DNA of 64,000 nucleotides from assembly GCF_000002075.1 (NCBI RefSeq), contig NW_004797274.1:1096433-1160432 (forward strand), read 5' to 3'. Positions 58,502-64,000 of this stretch are shown one piece after another (the stretch's first letter is position 1; each line of letters opens with the position of its first letter). Both the position numbers and the translations under genes were made by a program. This DNA is from Aplysia californica. Lineage: Eukaryota. The notes beneath the pieces were generated by a model. That model did no database searches, was not told the origin of the DNA, and saw only the letters and a program-made list of their open reading frames with translations.

Positions 58502-58830
58502 CAGTGGAAACCATATATATGACAGGCCCGGTAATAACGGGGATTTTTTAATTCCCCGTTTTTTCCTACTCTTTGTCTCTATTAGAAGTTTTCGGCACTA
58601 ACAGGGCCTCATGGGAGCCCAGTCGGTTATAGCAGGGACAAAGGTTCGTTAACAATTGATAAAAAGTAAGAGAGGGGGTAACGCAGTGATGGAGCAAGCT
58701 ACGTCACTGCAAGCACAGGCAGCAGGTGAAGCGAGATAGGGCTACGGTGTACTGCAGACTTTGATCTAGCCCAGGGCCAAGCTACACGCACGCATGGTCC
58801 CACCTTCCCTGTTATATCAGGTTTCCACTG
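58502..58830. mobile_element. Tc1/pogo-type MITE
   Basis: TA|CAGTGGAAACC ... GGTTTCCACTG|TA. Confidence 0.85.
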
Positions 58831-59212
58831 TACATTTGTAGTAAAAGGGCAGGGAGAGAAACCCATCTCCTACACGATCGATATTGTGTCGATGTGGGAC
58901 GAAAAACACCTATATTTTGATTTAAGGGCAGTGAGTGGGCATTTTCAGTTTCACTGGGTGAATATGCTGTTTTATTTCTCTCTTGTGGGTTTGATGTTTA
59001 CTTGAATTACCTTGTTTTACGTTACTTTTTTGTACCTTTGTTTGGAGAAATAGCCATGTGTTCGTGTGGACCTGATGGTTCAAATGTCATCAAAGGCTTA
59101 GGTTATGTTTTGTTATATTGTATGTGTTTTTATAGTGTAAACTATGCAAATGGTTGTAATATTGATACTCATAGAGATTTGAAAAAGAAGTTAGTTATCG
59201 ATTTATTTGCAT

Positions 59213-60594
59213 TAGGGGCGGGCACGAGATGAGCCGAGTACAGTGGAGTCCACTTACAACGAGTCCGGAAAAAACAAGAAGTCTGTTATAAAGACACTGT
59301 TCTAAAACCCCTTTTTTTTCTCCTCTTTACCTTTGTAAATAAAATACTGCTATCAGACAAACATGCGAGTCAGTTATAGCGGAATATTGCTGCTGCTGTG
59401 CACAGTGCATAGGCCAATTATACTTTGCAAAACCTTGCCATTTGAGAAACTTGTTGGTGATCTAGCGAAACAGAATAGGAGAGCCCATGTGCATCAACAA
59501 TGAAGGCCGGAGCGACTGAGTAGGGAGGGTGTGGCATGCGCAGACAAGCAGAATGCATCGCGTGATAGGCCAGCGTAAGGCTTGTTTAGATTATCGAGGC
59601 CTACCATGCTTCTCACTTCTTCGATGCGGGGATGGAGAGGTCACAGCAATGTGATGGATGGAGTGAATGTGTGACGTGCGCGAGCAGACGGAATGCACCA
59701 CGGGGTGGGGTGGGGGGAAACACAGAGAGCGAGTTAACCTAGAGCCCTTTCTTTCTGATTTCTGATCGCCAAAGCCGAGCTGCCAGTCCACATCGCTAGA
59801 TCTAGCGCTAGAGAAATAAACCAGATACGAATTTTGATCAAGTAAGACCTAGAGGTCATGTTGAAACAAAATCATCATCAGGGGAGATAGCCAAAGGAAA
59901 TAAACAGAACACCAAACTCATAGATTAGGTCTACTTTACAGTTTTCCTTGAATTTATTACTGGATCCCTTATACCGAGAATCGTGCTATAACGAACATTT
60001 TGCTCCGGTCCCCACCCTCTCGTTATAACAGGATTCCATTGTACTCATTTCTCGCGAGAAACGCGCTTCCCGAGCACTAAACTACTGCTCGGTACCGAGA
60101 CGTGATACTGCTCGTTGGCTTGACATAACGAGTAACAGTAACGAGAGTGAGAGGCGAGAAATGACAACGCAGACAGTGCTACCCATTACCGTGCCGTCCT
60201 GTGTGTGAAACTGAAAGGGAGGGGAGAGGGTGGGTGAGACGAGGCGAGTGGGGAGTTGATCAGGGCCTAGGTCGTCTCCCTACCTTCCTTCACCGCCTGC
60301 GCACCAGGGCAAGCCTAGTTTCTAAGTTTAGATCCCCACAATGACCGGCCTTCCCGCTAAGGAGTTGCTCGTTCTGTGGGGCGAGAAGAGAAATCTCGGC
60401 CACAGCCGGCCTTCTCGCTGAACAAGCGGCTCGAACTGCGGGGCGAGAAGAGAAATTGGTCACAAGACGAGAAGCATTGCTCGAGACACGAGACGGGAAG
60501 TATTTCTCGTTCCCGGGACCGGTCTTGGCGAGAAATAGGTCAGCTTCTCTGTCTTCTCGCTCGGGAAGGAAAAAGCGCTTCCCGCCCGTCTCTA
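59213..60594. mobile_element. hAT-like non-autonomous element with nested Tc1/pogo MITE
   Basis: TAGGGGCGGGC ... GCCCGTCTCTA ends, 8-bp TSD ATTTGCAT/TTTTGCAT, dense CGAGA subterminal motifs. Confidence 0.8.
59241..60041. mobile_element. Tc1/pogo-type MITE nested in hAT element
   Basis: TA|CAGTGGAGTCCACTTACAACGAG ... CTCGTTATAACAGGATTCCATTG|TA. Confidence 0.78.
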
Positions 60595-61599
60595 TTTTGC
60601 ATGACTCATACATTCCTCTTTGGGTAATCTTCTGGAGTTGTTTGTAATTTGTCATGTATTTTGTGTTTTGCGGTGCACTACTCATTTTGTGCCACCTTTG
60701 GTAACTGGATAAAAACAAAAGACAAACAATGTTGTTTAAGATGATTTGTAAGCCCAGAGTAATTGAAATTGCAATCTAAAATTTAAAGTTTGATAAGTAT
60801 GCAATAGGCCTAAGCATGACAGAAAGGAAAAACTTTCCATCTTTTTCTTTCTAACAGTTTCATTTAAGCTCTTATTCTTTAGACTCTTGGAGATAAGAAT
60901 AGAATGGAAAGTGACATTAATGTCTCCTTTCATGTGTTTATCATGATACGTGCACTTTTTGTGGTGTATGAATGTAATTTTATGTGTGTGTATTGCACCT
61001 TCTGTAAGACTGTAACTCTAAACTGTTACTATTACCATAGTGGTAAGCTACTGCATTTAGCTTTTGAATGAAAATTTATCTGAAGTCCATGCAGAACATA
61101 ATTTTATCACACTTTTTTAATTCACCTCAAGCGAAGCTTCTTTTGACATCTCACCCCGACTTAATATTTTTGCAGTATAGAGTTTCGAGTTGTTGGCTGT
61201 TTACATCATAATTTGTCAGAACATTATAGGTCTTCGGTGTAGACCACTACAACTAAAACATACACAGATAACACGAACATGGAAAACTCAAAATCACAGA
61301 TAGCTCTTACAATTTGCCGTTCCCTGGTTGATATCTCTTTAATTTTCCGTTGCACTGGGTTAAACCTGAAATATGGATATGTGTCAAACATACATCATGT
61401 ATATTTGTCAATCCTCTGCATGTTTGAGTCAACTGTATTGATGCTCGAGCTCCTGTCAATTGTCAACACATCTATGAAATGTTAGATCGAATTGTTTTGG
61501 TCTTGGTTACAAAAAAACAAGCCAAGCAGACCACAGCTTATTTATTGTAACTTTATACATATATTTTTGGGTTGTTGTGGGTTTTAAAAAAATATAATA

Positions 61600-61795
61600 T
61601 AGGTGTTATTACTGTTATACGTCCCCATTGAAACAATTTAGATCATAAAGGAGGCCAGCTCTACCCTAGTTGAGAGGGATACAACATCCCAGCTGAAAGA
61701 CTGAGGTACTCTAAAAAAAAATTCCTGTCCGGAGTCCAACTCAGTTTCCTGCATGCGACAGTTAAAAATGCCTTACTGCTACACCACAGACATCC
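61600..61795 (-). mobile_element. tRNA-headed SINE family B copy
   Basis: Minus-strand head GGATGTCTGTGGTGTAGCAGTAAGGC...GAGTTGGACTCC and the shared core. Confidence 0.65.
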
Positions 61796-62010
61796 ATTTA
61801 CTTACAATATTAACGTGTTCATGACATTTTGGGTTTTTCAGTGTTTATGTGTTTTACATGGTTGACAGAGTTTCTATTTTTCTCTCTTTTTATGGTTTTA
61901 TGTTCAAGCAGTGTTGTCAATTTTTACGACAGTACAGATTGAATGGTAACGATACAGCTTATTAATTTAGTTATATTTTTATGTCATATTTTCAAAGTTT
62001 TATACATGTA

Positions 62011-62140
62011 CAGTGGAGTCTTCATAAACGAAACACAGTTAATCCGAAAACAGATGTAAACAGAAAGAAAATAAAGTCCCCAATTATTATTTTTTTCTGT
62101 TTAACTAGTTGAGTGGTTTGGGTCTAAGCGGACTCCACTG
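62011..62140. mobile_element. Short Tc1/pogo-type MITE
   Basis: TA|CAGTGGAGTC ... GACTCCACTG|TA. Confidence 0.8.
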
Positions 62141-63285
62141 TACATCGTCATCATGTATTATGTAAAAGTTGCTTTTTCATGAATTTACTCCTCCCATTTA
62201 AAATAAAAGATCATGTTCTTTCTCTATTTTTGAGAAAATAATTCACAACCCAAGAATAGCAAAGTTTTGTATTCTCAGTTTTCAGTGGCTCTCACTTTTA
62301 CTTTTAGGATATTTTTATCTGCAAAGGTTTTCTCACACTATAGGTCTTAATCATACTATAGATCTAGGCTTACTGTGAAGTCAAAGAACAACATTGGGGA
62401 CTTTTTTTTTATATACAGCTCAGAAAATAAAGGAATATGACATTCAACTTTTAATGTCTCATGCTGTAAAGAGAGTACAGTGGGAGGTCCCTTTGAATTT
62501 GAAGCCCTTTTCTGTCTAACTCCAATCACTAAAGTTTTGAGTAGGAACCTTGATTTATCTTGTTTCTGTGATGCTGCGGTATTATATTACGATAGATCTA
62601 TAATATGGATAATGTTCGTCCTGTTAATACTTGACCAGCATTAATTCAGGGGTGAGTGTTGGGTACATGTTATAAATAATATTAATTACCTCTGGTTCAC
62701 TGCCTGTACATCAATGTAAATATATATAATTTTTCAGTGTTGTTCCATTACTTATACTGTGCTGTTTCTCCTTCCTCTACGAAAATGATTGAAACTTTTT
62801 CTGGGGGTGAGGGAGCAGCTTCAACTTTCAATAATAGTAAGCATTATCAGTATAATATAATGGAAAACAGCTGTATAATCACATCAGAGACCTAGATTTT
62901 ATTGTATTTTTGTGTGTGAATGACAAATGCTATTTTCTGTACAATGTCACGTAGTATAATTAGTGTTACTGATAATAAGGTACTGATACTTTCACCCTTT
63001 GTTTTGGCTTCTGTTGGTCCTGTTTTTGTGTTTTTGGAGCCACCGACTGAATGGCCCCTGTATGATGTAGACAGTTTCTTGTTTCTCGGAGATCATGTAA
63101 GTTCTCCAATGCCAGTCCAGTTGACAGTCGTGTGCTGTTACAGATGGTTACGGTATGGGTTGTTCATTGTGGTACCGGTAGACGAGGAGTGGACCATCTA
63201 ACAATTGTCAGACTGGCATCTTTTTTTCTGCCTCTCATTATTAAATGACCTTACACACTTGTTACAGTGACGAAAGGAGTATTAA

Positions 63286-63391
63286 CTCTTTCCATTTTCG
63301 CTTGCCATACACTGTGCCACCAGTCCACATAGTAGGCTATGTGTACTGTGTACATAAGTTTAAGTGATAAAATAATTGCCCATGGAAAGAG
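63286..63391. mobile_element. Short TTAA-flanked MITE
   Basis: TTAA|CTCTTTCCAT ... ATGGAAAGAG|TTAA. Confidence 0.7.
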
Positions 63392-63856
63392 TTAAACCCA
63401 TACAATTACAGGTAGTTGAGGTTGGCCTACCTTAGATTTAAAGTGTATGTGTAGGCCTACCTGTTCTTATATGAATTATTAGTTGGTGCCCTAATTGGCC
63501 TAATTATGGAGAGAGAAAAAGGTTTCAGTGCCCTTTATTGATTTATTGCGTTTCATTTTTTTCTGATGATTTTGATTCTCATTGTAATTGTGAGTTATAT
63601 ATATCACAAAGTGGTTCAATGAAAATGATTAAAATGCCTTATCAGTATACCAATGTTTTCCCTCTTTTAAATTCAGTACAGCCTACACTACATGTATTTT
63701 TCATTATTGTTATATGACTGAAAGTGAAAATGAGAGTAATTGCACAGACTCTCTACTCTCTTTCTCTTGTCCTGTCAAACTGTTGTTGCTTAGGTTTTCC
63801 CTCTTCCTAAGACTTGGTGAGGCCTCTTTCTGGCACCAGTCAACACAATTAAGACC

Positions 63857-64000
63857 ATTTGTGAGACATCGTCGTGAAATCAGGCACTCGTCAAAATAAT
63901 GAATTCGAAGAAAACGGCATGTTTCTTCCCTTTCGGCAATTTTTGTCGAATTTTGAACTTTTGAATCTACGCCTTTTATGTTCATAAAAAAAACAATTTT
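63857..64000 (+). mobile_element. Left end of MITE related to 1223-1702 (runs off window)
   Basis: TGTGAGACATCGTCGTGAAATCAGGCACTCGTCAAAATAAT matches the TIR at 1226-1266. Confidence 0.7.

Noticed and set aside
60290-60718. 142-aa ORF as transposase
   Set aside because: Derived from repetitive CGAGA subterminal motifs; no catalytic or zinc-finger motifs.
62920-63201. 93-aa ORF as possible exon or gene
   Set aside because: No recognisable homology in either strand and no supporting partner exons.

Overview
Animal genomic DNA from a draft assembly, AT-rich, intron-rich, with three N gaps. It is probably an invertebrate; a mollusc/lophotrochozoan origin is a weak inference from repeat style. 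Three protein-coding genes could be reconstructed by hand: WAPL (cohesin release factor, minus strand, 16 coding exons, ~1282 aa), an ERLIN1/2-like SPFH gene (minus strand, 12 coding exons, ~331 aa, one GC-AG intron and a 23-nt micro-exon), and NOC2L (plus strand, 877 aa, intronless CDS) head-to-head with the putative ERLIN first exon. WAPL and ERLIN both appear to have ~7 kb 3' UTRs and TE-filled first introns. Non-coding DNA carries several SINE families, LINE tails, and many non-autonomous DNA elements (piggyBac-, Tc1/pogo- and hAT-like), including a four-layer nest. No autonomous transposase/RT gene, rRNA, true tRNA or CRISPR array was seen. I found no clear novel multi-gene system. The best leads are: (i) a chain of two uORFs joined by AUGA stop/start overlaps ending on the WAPL AUG; (ii) intronless NOC2L at a likely bidirectional promoter (candidate retrogene); (iii) 27-46 bp hAT-like micro-elements with 8-bp TSDs; (iv) a ~180-bp retroposon with no tRNA head, all copies co-oriented and three next to WAPL 3' splice sites; (v) palindromic TAGATCTA/TAGGCCTA arrays. 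All exon and TE boundaries are manual and unverified by RNA data.
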